Below are positions 1 to 10,833 of a stretch of DNA of 64,000 nt, piece after piece (within the stretch, counting starts at the first letter, position 1; the number at the start of each line of letters is the position of its first letter). The notes beneath the pieces were generated by a model. The model did not search any database, had not been told where the DNA came from, and saw only the letters and a list, made by a program, of their open reading frames with translations. Origin of the DNA: Candidatus Omnitrophota bacterium. GTDB taxonomy: Bacteria > Omnitrophota > Gorgyraeia > Gygaellales > Profunditerraquicolaceae. The stretch is taken from contig JBAZJY010000003.1 in assembly GCA_041651115.1 (NCBI GenBank), forward strand, positions 73,829 to 137,828, in the 5' to 3' direction. A program made the translations under genes and the position numbers.

Positions 1-396
1 GCGCTTGAACTTTTCGTCGGTATCCTCGATCTTCTTTGCCAGATCAATCTCGTTTTCACGGGAAAGCAGCGATATCGAACCCATCTGCTTGAGATACATC
101 TTTACCGGGTCATCCAGGGGCATAAACCGTTCTGCCGCGGCAACGCTCTCATTCATTGCCTCTTCTTTTAATGCCAGTGCCTGCTGTGTTTGCTGCGCCG
201 GAGATTTCTCTTCGACATTTTCCACTACTTGGATATCCTCATTACCAAGAAGCTCAAATATCTTATCTATCTCTTCAGACGAAGATACGTCATCCGCCAG
301 CAGGTCATTTACTTCGTCATAGGTGAGATATCCTTTTTGCCTGCCTAAGGCAATGATCTTCTCAACATTCTTTTTATTCAGTTCCTTCTTCTTCAT
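1..396 (-). CDS. rpoD: RNA polymerase sigma-70 RpoD. N-terminal part only; the gene runs off the window start.
   Basis: Reverse-strand translation from the ATG at 394-396 gives MKKKELNKKNVEKIIALGRQKGYLTYDEVNDLL...VKMYLKQMGSISLLSRENEIDLAKKIE, the typical sigma-70 region 1.1/1.2. It lies immediately downstream of dnaG, the conserved dnaG-rpoD arrangement. The frame stays open to position 1. Confidence 0.85.
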   Translation of the reverse strand, partial: MKKKELNKKNVEKIIALGRQKGYLTYDEVNDLLADDVSSSEEIDKIFELLGNEDIQVVENVEEKSPAQQTQQALALKEEAMNESVAAAERFMPLDDPVKMYLKQMGSISLLSRENEIDLAKKIEDTDEKFKR

Positions 397-401
397 GGCG
401 C

Positions 402-2165
402 TTACCCCTTTTTTATTAAAAGATGGAATTCCTGCATTAGTGAATTGAGCCGTTTATTATCGCCCAAACGCTGCGCAGCCTTGATCTGATCATGCAAATC
501 ATGCTGCCTTGATTTTATTTTCTCGCTCTTTAACCTGCGGATACATTCTCCGACGACTTTTTCCCGCTGCTCATCGGAAACTTCCGGCATGAACGCCGAT
601 TCACAGACAACGTGCAAGATATCTTCATCGCCGAAATGATCTATTAATACGGCTTTATTTATATCCCTGCCTTTACCGGCCAGGTCGTACATCGCAGAAA
701 CGATCTTGCAAGTCAGCGCGCCTTGAAAATCTTCCGGGCTAAGGTGCTGCCGGACATGGTCAATAAGGTTATCCTCTTCCAGCATCAACTTTATCAGCAG
801 CTTTTCCGTCGGGTTGACATCTGCCGCTTTTTTCCTGTCCGCGTAAGACGTTGAAGCCGGAAAGCCGGGCTTAATTTCCTTAAGCTTACCTATCTCCGCA
901 AGCAGGGCATCTTCATTAACGCTTAATTCATCGGCAAGCTTTTTAATATATTCCGACTTTAAGACCGCGTCCGTGAATTTATTTATCGTCGGAAGCATTT
1001 CCGCGGATATCTTCGCCTTGCCTTCTATGCCCTTGGAGCCGTATTGCGCCCTTAATATCTTAAGCTTATAATCAAAGAGATTTTCGGCGTTGGCAATCTT
1101 TTCCCTGAACGCGGCAATGCCGTGCTTGCGCACAAAAGTATCCGGGTCAAAGCCTTCGGGAAGCGGCGCCACCCTGACAGTTAAACCTTCCGCGATGAAC
1201 ATATCCAGCGCGCGTAAAGTCGCCATCTGGCCGGCAGAATCGCCGTCATAAACCATGACGATGTTATGGGTAAACCTTTTTAAAAGCCGGATCTGTTCTT
1301 CAGTAAGCGCAGTGCCGGATGAAGCAACAATATTTTTCAGGCCTTCCTGATAGGGAATGATAAAATCGAGATAACCTTCAACAACTACCGCGGAATCTTC
1401 CTGCCTTATGGCGTCTTTGGCAAAATTCAGGCCGAAAAGGCATTTGCCCTTGACGTAAACCGGGGTTTCCGGCGAATTCATATATTTGGGCATGGAGGCG
1501 TCCAGCACCCTGGCGCCAAAACCCACGACCTTGGACTTTATGTCAAAAATCGGAAAGATTATCCGGTTACGGAACCGGTCATAATACCCGCCGCCGTCTT
1601 TGGCAAGGATCAGCCCTGCCTTTTCTAAAAGTGACAGCGGCGCATTTTTCTGCCTTAGGTGATTGATCAGTCCGTCCCATTTATCAAAAGAAAAACCCAA
1701 TTTGAATAATTTCGCCGTATCCTCTTTTATACCCCGGCTGATCAGGTATTTCCTGGGCCCGGAAGCATCCGGCGAATGCAGATTAGTTTCATAGAACGCT
1801 GCTGCCAGTTCATTGATCTTATAAAGCTGGGATGAGATACTTGCGCTGGCAGGCGAAACATCCGGGTTTTGAGGAAGGATCACCCCGGTCTTTCTTGCCA
1901 GCTGCTCCACTGCCTCAGGGAATTCAAGGCGCTCATAGCGCATCAAGAACTTAAAGGCATTCCCCGATTCTCCGCAGCCAAAACAATGGTAGATCTGGCG
2001 GTCAGGCGAAACCATAAAAGACGCTGTTTTCTCGTGATGAAAAGGACAGTTAGCCTTAAAGTTCCTGCCTGCGCGCTTAAGCGGTATATAGCCGGAAATA
2101 ACTTCAACAATATCTACCCGGCTTAAAACATCCTCTAATATATTTTCCGGAATAAGGCCGGCCAT
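402..2165 (-). CDS. dnaG: DNA primase DnaG
   Basis: 587 aa. N-terminal CHC2 zinc finger (NCPFHHEKTASFMVSPDRQIYHCFGCGESGN), followed by the TOPRIM region (VVVEGYLDFI ... VYDGDSAGQ). Confidence 0.92.
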   Translation of the reverse strand: MAGLIPENILEDVLSRVDIVEVISGYIPLKRAGRNFKANCPFHHEKTASFMVSPDRQIYHCFGCGESGNAFKFLMRYERLEFPEAVEQLARKTGVILPQNPDVSPASASISSQLYKINELAAAFYETNLHSPDASGPRKYLISRGIKEDTAKLFKLGFSFDKWDGLINHLRQKNAPLSLLEKAGLILAKDGGGYYDRFRNRIIFPIFDIKSKVVGFGARVLDASMPKYMNSPETPVYVKGKCLFGLNFAKDAIRQEDSAVVVEGYLDFIIPYQEGLKNIVASSGTALTEEQIRLLKRFTHNIVMVYDGDSAGQMATLRALDMFIAEGLTVRVAPLPEGFDPDTFVRKHGIAAFREKIANAENLFDYKLKILRAQYGSKGIEGKAKISAEMLPTINKFTDAVLKSEYIKKLADELSVNEDALLAEIGKLKEIKPGFPASTSYADRKKAADVNPTEKLLIKLMLEEDNLIDHVRQHLSPEDFQGALTCKIVSAMYDLAGKGRDINKAVLIDHFGDEDILHVVCESAFMPEVSDEQREKVVGECIRRLKSEKIKSRQHDLHDQIKAAQRLGDNKRLNSLMQEFHLLIKKG

Positions 2166-2174
2166 GTTTGGCTC

Positions 2175-3041
2175 CTAATTCCTGCTGAACCTGGTAAATC
2201 CCGAACAACTGATGATGGAAAACTTTTCTTTCTTCTCCAGTTTATCCAAGATAAGATTCAGCCCCAAAGTGTCCGAAGATATGTGCCCGGCGATCACAAC
2301 GTTAAGGTCGCCGTCTTTGATCTTGCGAAAATGCTCTTCGCTTAAATGCATTGAAACAATGGTCCGCACGCCGTTTTTATAAAGGCTATCAAATGCCTCT
2401 TTCGGGCCTTCAGTGCCGCCGGTCATTTCTACGAAGACCTTCCCTACTGCCCGCTTGGGATTGCCTAAGATCACTTTTGGCCCGGCTGACTGTTCTTGCG
2501 CATGTTTATACTCGGGTTCAGCCAATAGTATATCCACGATATCAGCCACTTTCTTAGGCCTGGCATCGCGCATCAACTTTTCAATGAAAAAGGACGCGTG
2601 GTTATCCGCCGGAGTATGACAACAGGCAAACGGCAAGTCCAAAAGCCTTGCCGCATCCACTGCGCGCGTATGGTTATTGGGCAGAAGCTTTCTCTCCACT
2701 TCCCTTTTGCGCTCGACAAGCATTCCTTCGGCAGCCCTGCGACTGACACCTGCCTTTATCAAAAGGTCAACCTGCAGCTGCATCACATCATAAAGCGCTG
2801 CCCATGCCTTTCCTTCCGGATGATGCGATAAAACAAGGTCCAGGCTTGATTCTCTGCGTATCTTATCCGCCAGGAGCAACTCGCCTACTTCAATGTCTAT
2901 GCCGACGAGGATCTTATTGACCTGCGTATCGGCTGAACCGTAGAGTATGGCAGTATCGGCGTAAGAGCTTATTTTACGGCAACGAGGGTCTAAATCGCTG
3001 CCGGCCTTTACCAGGCTTGCGTAAAAATCGGATAATTTCAT
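2175..3041 (-). CDS. Nif3-family dinuclear metal-centre protein (GTP cyclohydrolase 1 type 2 homologue)
   Basis: 288 aa. HHP motif (LVLSHHPEG) and a C-terminal GH motif (IAGHISSD) resemble the NIF3/YbgI/YqfO metal-binding motifs. Nif3 genes are commonly linked to dnaG/sigA. Confidence 0.5.
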   Translation of the reverse strand: MKLSDFYASLVKAGSDLDPRCRKISSYADTAILYGSADTQVNKILVGIDIEVGELLLADKIRRESSLDLVLSHHPEGKAWAALYDVMQLQVDLLIKAGVSRRAAEGMLVERKREVERKLLPNNHTRAVDAARLLDLPFACCHTPADNHASFFIEKLMRDARPKKVADIVDILLAEPEYKHAQEQSAGPKVILGNPKRAVGKVFVEMTGGTEGPKEAFDSLYKNGVRTIVSMHLSEEHFRKIKDGDLNVVIAGHISSDTLGLNLILDKLEKKEKFSIISCSGFTRFSRN

Positions 3042-3632
3042 TTATTGTATTTCTGCGAAATAGCTTTGCTGGATTTCGGTAACCGTATTGTTATACTTTT
3101 CTTTCGGGGCAAGCTTGTTCATTAAGCCATCCCAGACCGCAGTATAAGTAGAAATACTGACATTGAATATCCGGCGGCCGATATAGGAATCTTTGGCGCT
3201 GGCGCTCAAATAATTAGTCGTGGAAACAAACATCATAAAAACTACCAGGCTTGCGGCAATAAGCCCCCTGCCGATACCCAAAATAAGCCCGCCCCATTTG
3301 CTTAGCGTCGGCACTGCCTCCATCTTTACAAAATGGCAAAAAAGGCTGCGCAGGAATACAGAAACCAGGTAAACGCTGACCAAAAGTGCGAGGCAAACTA
3401 CATAATCCATGAATTCCAGCGGAAAACCATGCTCTTCAGGCACGCGCCTCATGAAGAAATCGGAAAGAATCGTAAAATAATGAAAGGCGATATAAACAGA
3501 AAAAACGGTTCCCAAGAACTTAAACAGTTCCACGATGAAACCGTTTTTTACAGCGGCGTAAATTATTTTCAATAAAAGGAATACGATAAAAACGTCAAGC
3601 CAATTGAACTGCCGGAAAATCCCTAAGAGCAT
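3042..3632 (-). CDS. CvpA-family membrane protein
   Basis: 196 aa with four predicted TM helices. The N-terminus (NWLDVFIVFLLLKIIYAAVKNGF) is typical of colicin V production protein CvpA. Confidence 0.5.
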   Translation of the reverse strand: MLLGIFRQFNWLDVFIVFLLLKIIYAAVKNGFIVELFKFLGTVFSVYIAFHYFTILSDFFMRRVPEEHGFPLEFMDYVVCLALLVSVYLVSVFLRSLFCHFVKMEAVPTLSKWGGLILGIGRGLIAASLVVFMMFVSTTNYLSASAKDSYIGRRIFNVSISTYTAVWDGLMNKLAPKEKYNNTVTEIQQSYFAEIQ

Positions 3633-3699
3633 GCGTTTACTCCGTTAAATTTTTAAAAGTATAACATATTGTAGGTAAGTTGTCAAGGAAAGCGCTTTC

Positions 3700-4470
3700 C
3701 TAAAAATCCAGGGACATGCCGTCATAGGCAGCTACAACTTCTATACCCAGCTTGCGCGATAATGCCTCGGCTTGCAGGTGCGGTTTTGCCTTAAGCATGG
3801 TCATCCCAAAATGCGTCAGGATGGCTTTTTTAGGCCTGATTTTACGGATTATCTCTTCTGCCTCCGGCAGCGAAAGATGGGCAATCTCCGGGCGCGGCTC
3901 CAAAAAGACTACGCTGATAATCAGGATATCGGACTTATAAAAATCCGTAAGCGCCGAAAATGACCTGGTATCCGTGATTAAGCCTACCGTAGTTTTTTTG
4001 ATCTTGAACTTCAGGCCATAGGTAGCGCAAGGATGGATATGCTCCATTGAGGTTTGAAACTTAAAACCTTTTACGCTGTAGCTGCGCTTTGCTTCCAACT
4101 CAATGATACTCTCCGGAAATTTCCTCAGGTATTTCAGGACTACGGGATCATCCTGCAGCGCATCTTTTGGGCAAAAAACGATTCCCCGCTTTTTAAAGCC
4201 CCCTTCAGTCATTGCCTCAATGATCACGTTAATATCTCCGGAATGATCAAGGTGCCGGTGGGTCAGGATTACCGCGTCTAAAAGCGAAGGGTTCAATTTT
4301 GGCCGGCTGGCTGCGCAGCGGACAATGCTGCCCGGCCCGGGATCGATCAAGATATTTACCCCGGCGCAAGACACCCAAATGCCTCCGGAAGCGCGCAGCT
4401 GTTTGATCATTACAAAGCGCGCGCCGGCAGTGCCGAGGAATTTTATAAAGTCACCCTTCACTTCAACCAT
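3700..4470 (-). CDS. MBL-fold metallo-hydrolase
   Basis: 256 aa with the HxHxDH motif (THRHLDHSGD) and a C-terminal His (ILTHFG) characteristic of the metallo-beta-lactamase superfamily. Confidence 0.7.
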   Translation of the reverse strand: MVEVKGDFIKFLGTAGARFVMIKQLRASGGIWVSCAGVNILIDPGPGSIVRCAASRPKLNPSLLDAVILTHRHLDHSGDINVIIEAMTEGGFKKRGIVFCPKDALQDDPVVLKYLRKFPESIIELEAKRSYSVKGFKFQTSMEHIHPCATYGLKFKIKKTTVGLITDTRSFSALTDFYKSDILIISVVFLEPRPEIAHLSLPEAEEIIRKIRPKKAILTHFGMTMLKAKPHLQAEALSRKLGIEVVAAYDGMSLDF

Positions 4471-4946
4471 AGTTTTTTAAGCTCTTCGTTAATTTTGGCT
4501 GTCTGGCTGTAATTCAACACGGGCTTTGTGTCATTTTCCCGCGCCTGCCTCTGCGCAGCCGAGCGCCGCGGCAAACCGATAAATTCTTCCACGCTCATTG
4601 CCTTTGCCCCGCAGTGCCTGGCAAAAGAAGCTATTTCCCTGTCGTCGGAGACAACAACGGTATTTTTTCTGTCCTGCAGATTTTCAAGCATACTCTTTAT
4701 TTTCTCATCTGCGCTGGAGTCCCCGGAAAAAACCACGCTGAAACGGCCCTCTTGCCGCTTGAGGCCCGGCTCGGAAGCATAACCGTCAAAGACCAGCGTT
4801 GCTTTATTCTTCAGGCTCCCGCAGAGGTTATTTGTTGTGATCAGGTTTATCAGCGAAGACGCAGAGTTCCGCGTTTTTCTACTTGGCCGGGGAAACAGGC
4901 GGTGATTTGTGATATTGTAGCCGTCGATTACGAACTGTAAAGACAT
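4458..4946 (-). CDS. NYN-domain (YacP-like) protein
   Basis: An N-terminal FVIDGYNIT motif and a later LVFDG motif resemble the YacP/LabA NYN nuclease fold. The start is placed at the internal Met ([12 protein letters not shown]); the ORF track extends it to 4988. Confidence 0.5.
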   Translation of the reverse strand: MSLQFVIDGYNITNHRLFPRPSRKTRNSASSLINLITTNNLCGSLKNKATLVFDGYASEPGLKRQEGRFSVVFSGDSSADEKIKSMLENLQDRKNTVVVSDDREIASFARHCGAKAMSVEEFIGLPRRSAAQRQARENDTKPVLNYSQTAKINEELKKLWLK

Positions 4947-5886
4947 AAATAATGCCTCCGAGGCTCCCGCAGATGAGAATGAATACAAAGTTCAAAAGCG
5001 ACATCGCAAAAGCCAGGTCTTTACCCACTCCTGCCTTGGCAAAGAAATATATCATGCTGGCATCGCGCAGGCCCAGGCCGCCGATGGAAAGCGGCAGGAG
5101 CGTGATCGCTCCGACGATCGGCACAAATACGAGAAAATAAGTAAAACTTATCTTAATGCCCAGCGACAGACCGATAAGATAAAATGCCAGCGGCCCGGTA
5201 AATTGGATCAATATGGACAACCCGATGTTCTTAATGACCAGTCTTTTGTCTTTCCCAAAAAGGTGCATCTCCTGGTGCAGGCTGGTTATTGCCTCCCTTA
5301 TCCTTCCGGCAGTGGGCGAATCCAAAAATTTATTCACTTTAGAATGCGCGAAATTATTAAAAAGAACCAGCAGGATAACAACAAGAAGCCCTGCGATTAT
5401 CAGGACGGGGACAACCACGGATACGTCTCCCACCAATCTCCAGCCAAGAATGACCGCTGCCAGCGCAACCAGCGCCAGGGCAATGTAGCCACTAAGCCGG
5501 TCCAGGAGCACAGTGGCAACGATCTGGCGGGGTTTTTTGGTATGTGAGGCAAGATCGACGCTGCGCACAAGGTCTCCGCCGATAGTGGAAGGCAGGAATA
5601 AATTAAAAAATATGCCGCCGGCATAAGATATAATCACCCGTTTAAGCGGCAGGCGGATCTGGGCTGCTTTAAGCAGCATTTCCCAACGGAAAAGGCACAG
5701 CGGGTAGGCGATAAAAAAAATAATAAAACCGAAAAACAAGAGCGGCTTATCGGCATTCCTGACCAGTTCCAGCAGGACTTTTTCATCGGCCTTACGAAAA
5801 ATGAATACCAGGAGCGCGATACTGATCGCTACCCGGAAAATGATCGACAAGGTTTTTTTTAGGATTGCCATTACTTTAGGCCTCAA
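4879..5886 (-). CDS. Flippase-like (lysylphosphatidylglycerol synthase TM region / UPF0104) integral membrane protein
   Basis: 335 aa with about 8 TM helices. N-terminal RKADxxxL followed by GGFxNxxLPSxxGGDxxR is typical of the YbhN/MprF-C flippase-like domain. Confidence 0.5.
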   Translation of the reverse strand: MRPKVMAILKKTLSIIFRVAISIALLVFIFRKADEKVLLELVRNADKPLLFFGFIIFFIAYPLCLFRWEMLLKAAQIRLPLKRVIISYAGGIFFNLFLPSTIGGDLVRSVDLASHTKKPRQIVATVLLDRLSGYIALALVALAAVILGWRLVGDVSVVVPVLIIAGLLVVILLVLFNNFAHSKVNKFLDSPTAGRIREAITSLHQEMHLFGKDKRLVIKNIGLSILIQFTGPLAFYLIGLSLGIKISFTYFLVFVPIVGAITLLPLSIGGLGLRDASMIYFFAKAGVGKDLAFAMSLLNFVFILICGSLGGIIYVFTVRNRRLQYHKSPPVSPAK

Positions 5887-6772
5887 GCTTTCTACCGGTC
5901 AGGCGCTGGTAAGCTTCGAGGTATTTTTGGCTGGTCTTCTCTATGATCTCCGGAGGCAATGCCGGGGCAGGCGAAGTTTTATTCCAATCCAGGCTCTCAA
6001 GATAATCCCGCACAAACTGTTTATCAAAGCTCGGCTGCGATTGTCCCGGTTTATACTCATCAGCCGGCCAGAAACGCGAAGAATCCGGGGTCAATACTTC
6101 ATCAATAATAATGATCTCATCGCGGTATATGCCGAATTCAAATTTCGTATCGGCAATGATAATGCCTTTATCGCGGGCATAGCGGCTTGCTTTTTCATAA
6201 ACCGCGATGCTCAACTGCTTTAATTTATCAGCGACAGTTTTGCCTAATAGACCCTCTACGTGTTCCTGGCTGACATTAATATCATGGCCCTTATCTTCTT
6301 TTGTGGATGGCGTAAAGATGGTCTGGGGAAGCTTATCCGACTCAACCAGCCCGGCAGGCAGCTTTATGCCGCAGATAGAGCCGTTTGCCTTGTATTCTTT
6401 CCATCCCGAGCCGGACAAATACCCCCTGACAATGCATTCCACAGGAAGCGGTTTGGTTTTTTTAACCAGCATTGACCTGCCGGAAAGTTCGGCTGTATAT
6501 TCGCGCGCCTCGGCAGGATATTTGTTTACATCAGAAGTTATGAAATGATGCGGGACTATGCCCTTTATGAGGCCAAACCAAAAAGCGGAAATACTGGTAA
6601 GCACCTTGCCTTTATGGGGAATACCGTTGGAAAGAACAACGTCAAAACAGGAAATGCGGTCAGTAGAGACGATCAACAACTCATCGCCCAGGTCATACAC
6701 ATCCCTGACCTTACCGCGGCGGCAAAGCTTTAAGTCTTTAAAATCCGTATATAGTAAAACGTCTTTATCCAT
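5876..6772 (-). CDS. purC: Phosphoribosylaminoimidazole-succinocarboxamide synthase (SAICAR synthetase)
   Basis: 298 aa. The N-terminal motifs ([49 protein letters not shown]) are diagnostic of PurC. Confidence 0.9.
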   Translation of the reverse strand: MDKDVLLYTDFKDLKLCRRGKVRDVYDLGDELLIVSTDRISCFDVVLSNGIPHKGKVLTSISAFWFGLIKGIVPHHFITSDVNKYPAEAREYTAELSGRSMLVKKTKPLPVECIVRGYLSGSGWKEYKANGSICGIKLPAGLVESDKLPQTIFTPSTKEDKGHDINVSQEHVEGLLGKTVADKLKQLSIAVYEKASRYARDKGIIIADTKFEFGIYRDEIIIIDEVLTPDSSRFWPADEYKPGQSQPSFDKQFVRDYLESLDWNKTSPAPALPPEIIEKTSQKYLEAYQRLTGRKLEA

Positions 6773-8566
6773 TTAACCGGCTTTCAGCCGCCTGAACAAA
6801 TCTTCATATTCCTGCCATAATTCCGGCGGCAGATCTTTTTTGAACTGTGTAAAAAAGTGTTTTATGCCCTTGAGCTCTTCCAACCACTCGTTATTATTAA
6901 CGCTAAAAAGTTTTTCCATGGTTTCCCGGCTGATCTTTAAACCCGTAAGGTCAAGGTCGTATGCTGCTGGGACAAAACCTATAGGCGTATTTACCGCTTC
7001 CACGCGGTTGTTGCAACGGTCAAGTATCCATTCCAGCACGCGTAAATTCTCCCCAAATCCCGGCCAGAGGAATTTTCCCGATGCTTCGGTCCTGAACCAA
7101 TTCACGTTGAAAATCTTTGGCGGTTTTTTCATCTGTTTGCCGATCTTCAGCCAATGCCGGAAATAATCCGCCATATTGTAGCCGCAGAAAGGGATCATTG
7201 CCATGGGATCGCGCCTTACCTGGCCAAGCTTTCCCACCTGCGCTGCCGTAAGCTCCGAAGACATGATCGCGCCCACAAATACGCCATGCTGCCAGCTGAA
7301 AGATTCATAAACTAAAGGCGCGAGATGCGCTCTCCTGCCGCCAAAAACAATCGCGGAAATCGGCACGCCGTGATGCTGATCAAGGCGGAATGATGCTGTC
7401 GGGCAATTTACGATCGGAGTAGTAAAGCGGCTGTTAGGATGCGCGCCTTTTACGGGATTACCGCTTGCGTCAACCATGCCCGGTTTCCAAGCCCTGCCTT
7501 GCCAGTCTATGCCTTCAGACGGAACAGGGCCGTCTGAACCCTCCCACCAGACAGTGCGGTCAGGCTTAAATAAAACATTAGTATAAATGGTATCTTTACG
7601 GATCGTCGCAACCATATTTGGGTTAGTCTTAGAATTAGTGCCCGGCGCAACCCCAAAAAATCCGGTTTCCGGATTGATTGCCCACAAAGAACCATCGGAA
7701 TCTATCCTCATCCAGGCGATATCATCGCCTACGGTCCAGATCCGGTAACCTTTTACCTTAAGCCCTTCCGGCGGGATGAGCATGGCAAGATTGGTCTTTC
7801 CGCAGGCGCTGGGAAATGCCGCGGCAATATATTCAACATGGCCGTTAGGTTCCTCAATGCCCATGATCAACATATGCTCGGCAAGCCAGTTTTCTCTCTT
7901 TCCCATATGGCTGGCAATGCGCAGCGACAGGCATTTTTTACCCAATAGCACGTTCCCGCCATAGCCTGAACCCACGCTCCAAATAGTATTATCTTCGGGA
8001 AAATGCAGGATCAGCCTTTTATTTATATCAAGTTCCGCCTTTGAATGCAGGCATTTAGTGAAGCTGGTGTCGTCTTTTTCCAGCTGGCGCAGCACGCTTG
8101 AGCCGCAGCGCGTCATAACCAGCATATTCAATACTACGTACTTGGAATCGGTCAGCTCCACGCCGATCTTGCTGAAAGGCGAACCTACCGGGCCCATGGA
8201 AAACGGGATCACGTACATGGTCCTTCCGGCCATCGAGCCTTTAAAGATCGCCGTGGCTTTACGATAAGCCGCGAAAGGCGACATCCAATTATTCGTCGGT
8301 CCGGCATCACTCTTTTTCTTCGTACAGATAAACGTAAGATGTTCCGTGCGCGCGACATCGTCGGGGCTGGTGCGGTGCAGGAAACATCCGGGAAGTTTTT
8401 CCTGGTTCAGCTTGATCAGCTCTCCGCCGGCAACGCATTCATCTTCAAGCCGTAGCTTTTGCTCAAGTGAGCCATCAACCCAAACAATTTCATCCGGCTG
8501 ACAAAGCCGCGCCATCTTGCTCACCCAATCGCTAAGCCTCTTGCTGCTGGTAAGAGAATTTTTCAT
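6773..8566 (-). CDS. pckG: Phosphoenolpyruvate carboxykinase (GTP)
   Basis: 597 aa. Characteristic GTP-PEPCK motifs: the kinase-1a P-loop AFPSACGKTNLAM, GDDIAWM and FGGRRA. Confidence 0.9.
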   Translation of the reverse strand: MKNSLTSSKRLSDWVSKMARLCQPDEIVWVDGSLEQKLRLEDECVAGGELIKLNQEKLPGCFLHRTSPDDVARTEHLTFICTKKKSDAGPTNNWMSPFAAYRKATAIFKGSMAGRTMYVIPFSMGPVGSPFSKIGVELTDSKYVVLNMLVMTRCGSSVLRQLEKDDTSFTKCLHSKAELDINKRLILHFPEDNTIWSVGSGYGGNVLLGKKCLSLRIASHMGKRENWLAEHMLIMGIEEPNGHVEYIAAAFPSACGKTNLAMLIPPEGLKVKGYRIWTVGDDIAWMRIDSDGSLWAINPETGFFGVAPGTNSKTNPNMVATIRKDTIYTNVLFKPDRTVWWEGSDGPVPSEGIDWQGRAWKPGMVDASGNPVKGAHPNSRFTTPIVNCPTASFRLDQHHGVPISAIVFGGRRAHLAPLVYESFSWQHGVFVGAIMSSELTAAQVGKLGQVRRDPMAMIPFCGYNMADYFRHWLKIGKQMKKPPKIFNVNWFRTEASGKFLWPGFGENLRVLEWILDRCNNRVEAVNTPIGFVPAAYDLDLTGLKISRETMEKLFSVNNNEWLEELKGIKHFFTQFKKDLPPELWQEYEDLFRRLKAG

Positions 8567-9492
8567 TACTTTAGATTAAGTAAATACCTGTGCGCGGAAT
8601 CCGCGGCTGCCGCGGCCTCTCCGCAGGCATTGACTACTTGATAAAGATTTTTCTTTATACAATCGCCGCAGGCAAACACTCCTTTGGCCGACGTCTTCAT
8701 ATCCTGTTCGGTAACTATAAAATTTGCTTCATCCAGGTGTAACAGGTTTTTTGCGAAGTCCGTATTTGGTTTTATTCCGACGAAAATAAAAACGCCCTGG
8801 CAGGAATAATCTTCGGTTGCCCCGGATGAAACGTTCTTTATTTTTATGGCTTCAACTTTATTCGTGCCGGTTATTTTTTCAATGACGCTGTCCAGCTTAA
8901 AATTTATCCCGGGGTTTTGCCTTGCCTTTTCTTCCAGTATTCTAGACGCCCGCAGTTCCTGCCGACGGTGGATAAGCGTAACCTTGGAAGCATATCCGGC
9001 CAAAAATATCGCCTCTTCCACGGCGCGGTCGCCTCCGCCGACAACCACGATTTCTTTATTCTTAAAAAACGGCGCGTCGCAGGTGCCGCAATAAGAAACC
9101 CCCCGGCCGATGAATTCTCCCTCTCCGGGCACAGCCAGTTTCTTGGAATAAGCGCCGCTGGCAATGATAACGGTTTTTGCCTGGTAATTATTATCGGGCG
9201 TTTTCACGGTGTAAACCGGAATGCCGGAATTATCAGCCGCGGAAACCTCCAAAACGCCTTCCGTAACCATCCGCACGCCTACCTCATCAACCTGCTTCTT
9301 GATCCTTTCGATCAATTCAGCGGTAGATACACCCGAAGGAAACCCCGGAAAATTTTCTATCGTCGGAGAAAGCACGATCTGTCCGCCGGCATTTATTTTT
9401 TCAATGATCAGGGTATTCAGCCTGAACCTGCCGCAGTAAAGCCCGGCAACAAGGCCGGCAGGGCCGGCGCCGATAATGATCACATCATACAT
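8566..9492 (-). CDS. trxB: Thioredoxin-disulfide reductase
   Basis: 308 aa. FAD site GAGPAG, redox-active CxxC (SYCGTCDAPF), NADPH site GGGDRAVEEA and C-terminal GDC motifs. Confidence 0.88.
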   Translation of the reverse strand: MYDVIIIGAGPAGLVAGLYCGRFRLNTLIIEKINAGGQIVLSPTIENFPGFPSGVSTAELIERIKKQVDEVGVRMVTEGVLEVSAADNSGIPVYTVKTPDNNYQAKTVIIASGAYSKKLAVPGEGEFIGRGVSYCGTCDAPFFKNKEIVVVGGGDRAVEEAIFLAGYASKVTLIHRRQELRASRILEEKARQNPGINFKLDSVIEKITGTNKVEAIKIKNVSSGATEDYSCQGVFIFVGIKPNTDFAKNLLHLDEANFIVTEQDMKTSAKGVFACGDCIKKNLYQVVNACGEAAAAADSAHRYLLNLK

Positions 9493-10316
9493 TTCACTGC
9501 TCCTTCATACAGATGTTTTGCTTCGTAAGAGCTTCTTGCCAGGGGCGCTGAAGAGGCTGCTTTAAAACCTAAGGATAACGCAATGTCCCTGTAATTTAAA
9601 AATTGCTCCGGCCGGACAAATTCTTTTACCGGATAATGCAGCGGAGAAGGCGCCAAATACTGCCCCAGGACAATGATATCGCAATCAACGCTTTTTAAAT
9701 CCCGCATTGCCGCGATGACTTCCGCTTTGCTTTCGCCAAGCCCGAGCATAACCGATGATTTCGTGACCAACTGCCGGTTATATTTTTTTGCCAGCCTTAA
9801 TACATCCAGCGAACGCCGGTAATCTGCCTGCGGGCGCAATTCCGGGGTAAGCCGTTTTACAGTTTCAAGGTTATGGCCAAATACCTGCGGCAAAGCATCA
9901 ATGATTGCCTTAACCGCTGACGGCCTGCCTTGAAAATCAGGTGTTAAAACCTCTACGCCGGCCTTGTTATTCAGGCTGCGAATTGCCTTTATTGTCCGGA
10001 CAAAATAGCCTGCTCCGCCGTCGGAAAGATCATCCCTGGTAACCGACGTGACTACCGCGTAATCCAATCCGATCCGGCTTACCGCTTCCGCGACCCTTTC
10101 CGGCTCAGTTTCATCAACGCTTAAACTGCGGCCAACGGCTTTTTCTACCGCGCAAAAACGGCAGTTACGCGTGCATGCATCGCCGAGAATGATAAAGGTC
10201 AACTCGCGGTTATTAAAACAACGGTTCAGATTGGGGCAACGCGCCTTAGCGCATACGGTGTTAAGCTTTAAGCCGGCAAGCAGCTCTTTACTCTCCCGCG
10301 CCAAAGCAGCCGGCAT
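9480..10316 (-). CDS. lipA: Lipoyl synthase
   Basis: 278 aa. N-terminal auxiliary-cluster cysteines (CxxxxCxxxxxC: CAKARCPNLNRC) plus the radical-SAM CTRNCRFC motif. Confidence 0.9.
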   Translation of the reverse strand: MPAALARESKELLAGLKLNTVCAKARCPNLNRCFNNRELTFIILGDACTRNCRFCAVEKAVGRSLSVDETEPERVAEAVSRIGLDYAVVTSVTRDDLSDGGAGYFVRTIKAIRSLNNKAGVEVLTPDFQGRPSAVKAIIDALPQVFGHNLETVKRLTPELRPQADYRRSLDVLRLAKKYNRQLVTKSSVMLGLGESKAEVIAAMRDLKSVDCDIIVLGQYLAPSPLHYPVKEFVRPEQFLNYRDIALSLGFKAASSAPLARSSYEAKHLYEGAVKCMM

Positions 10317-10341
10317 TTCCTGCCTGAACCAACCGGGTAAA

Positions 10342-10833
10342 TTAGATTTCCTTGATCTTTTTGCCGTATTTTATCCTGTCAATCAATGACGCGTGGTCAA
10401 CGATCAACGTGCCGTTCAAATGGTCTATTTCATGCTGAAACACGCAGGCAAGCAAGCCTTCTGCTTCAATAGTCACGGGTTTGCCGTTCTCATCTAACCC
10501 TTCCACCACTACGGATTGCGCGCGTTTGACCCTTACCCCGACTTCCGGCACACTTAAACATCCCTCTTCGCTTACCTGCTGGCCGCGGGTTTCCACGATC
10601 CGCGGGTTTACCAGTTTATAGAGCCCGCTTCCCGCGTCAACCACGATCAGCGATTCAGTAATGCCTACCTGCGGAGCGGCAAGGCCAATGCCGGAAACCG
10701 CATACATCAGCCGCGCCATTTCGCTTAAAAGCCTACGGTGGTTATCGGTTACTTTTTCAACCTGCTGCACGCCGTTCTTCAAAACTTTATCGCCCAGCGT
10801 CCTAATTTTTAATTCGGTTTCTTTCATCGACAT
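10342..10833 (-). CDS. def: Peptide deformylase
   Basis: 163 aa. [17 protein letters not shown] and QHEIDHLNG motifs. Confidence 0.92.
   Translation of the reverse strand: MSMKETELKIRTLGDKVLKNGVQQVEKVTDNHRRLLSEMARLMYAVSGIGLAAPQVGITESLIVVDAGSGLYKLVNPRIVETRGQQVSEEGCLSVPEVGVRVKRAQSVVVEGLDENGKPVTIEAEGLLACVFQHEIDHLNGTLIVDHASLIDRIKYGKKIKEI

Noticed and set aside
8917-9528. 203-aa plus-strand ORF
   Set aside because: It lies entirely antisense within trxB and lipA. It has no motifs and an arginine-rich composition.
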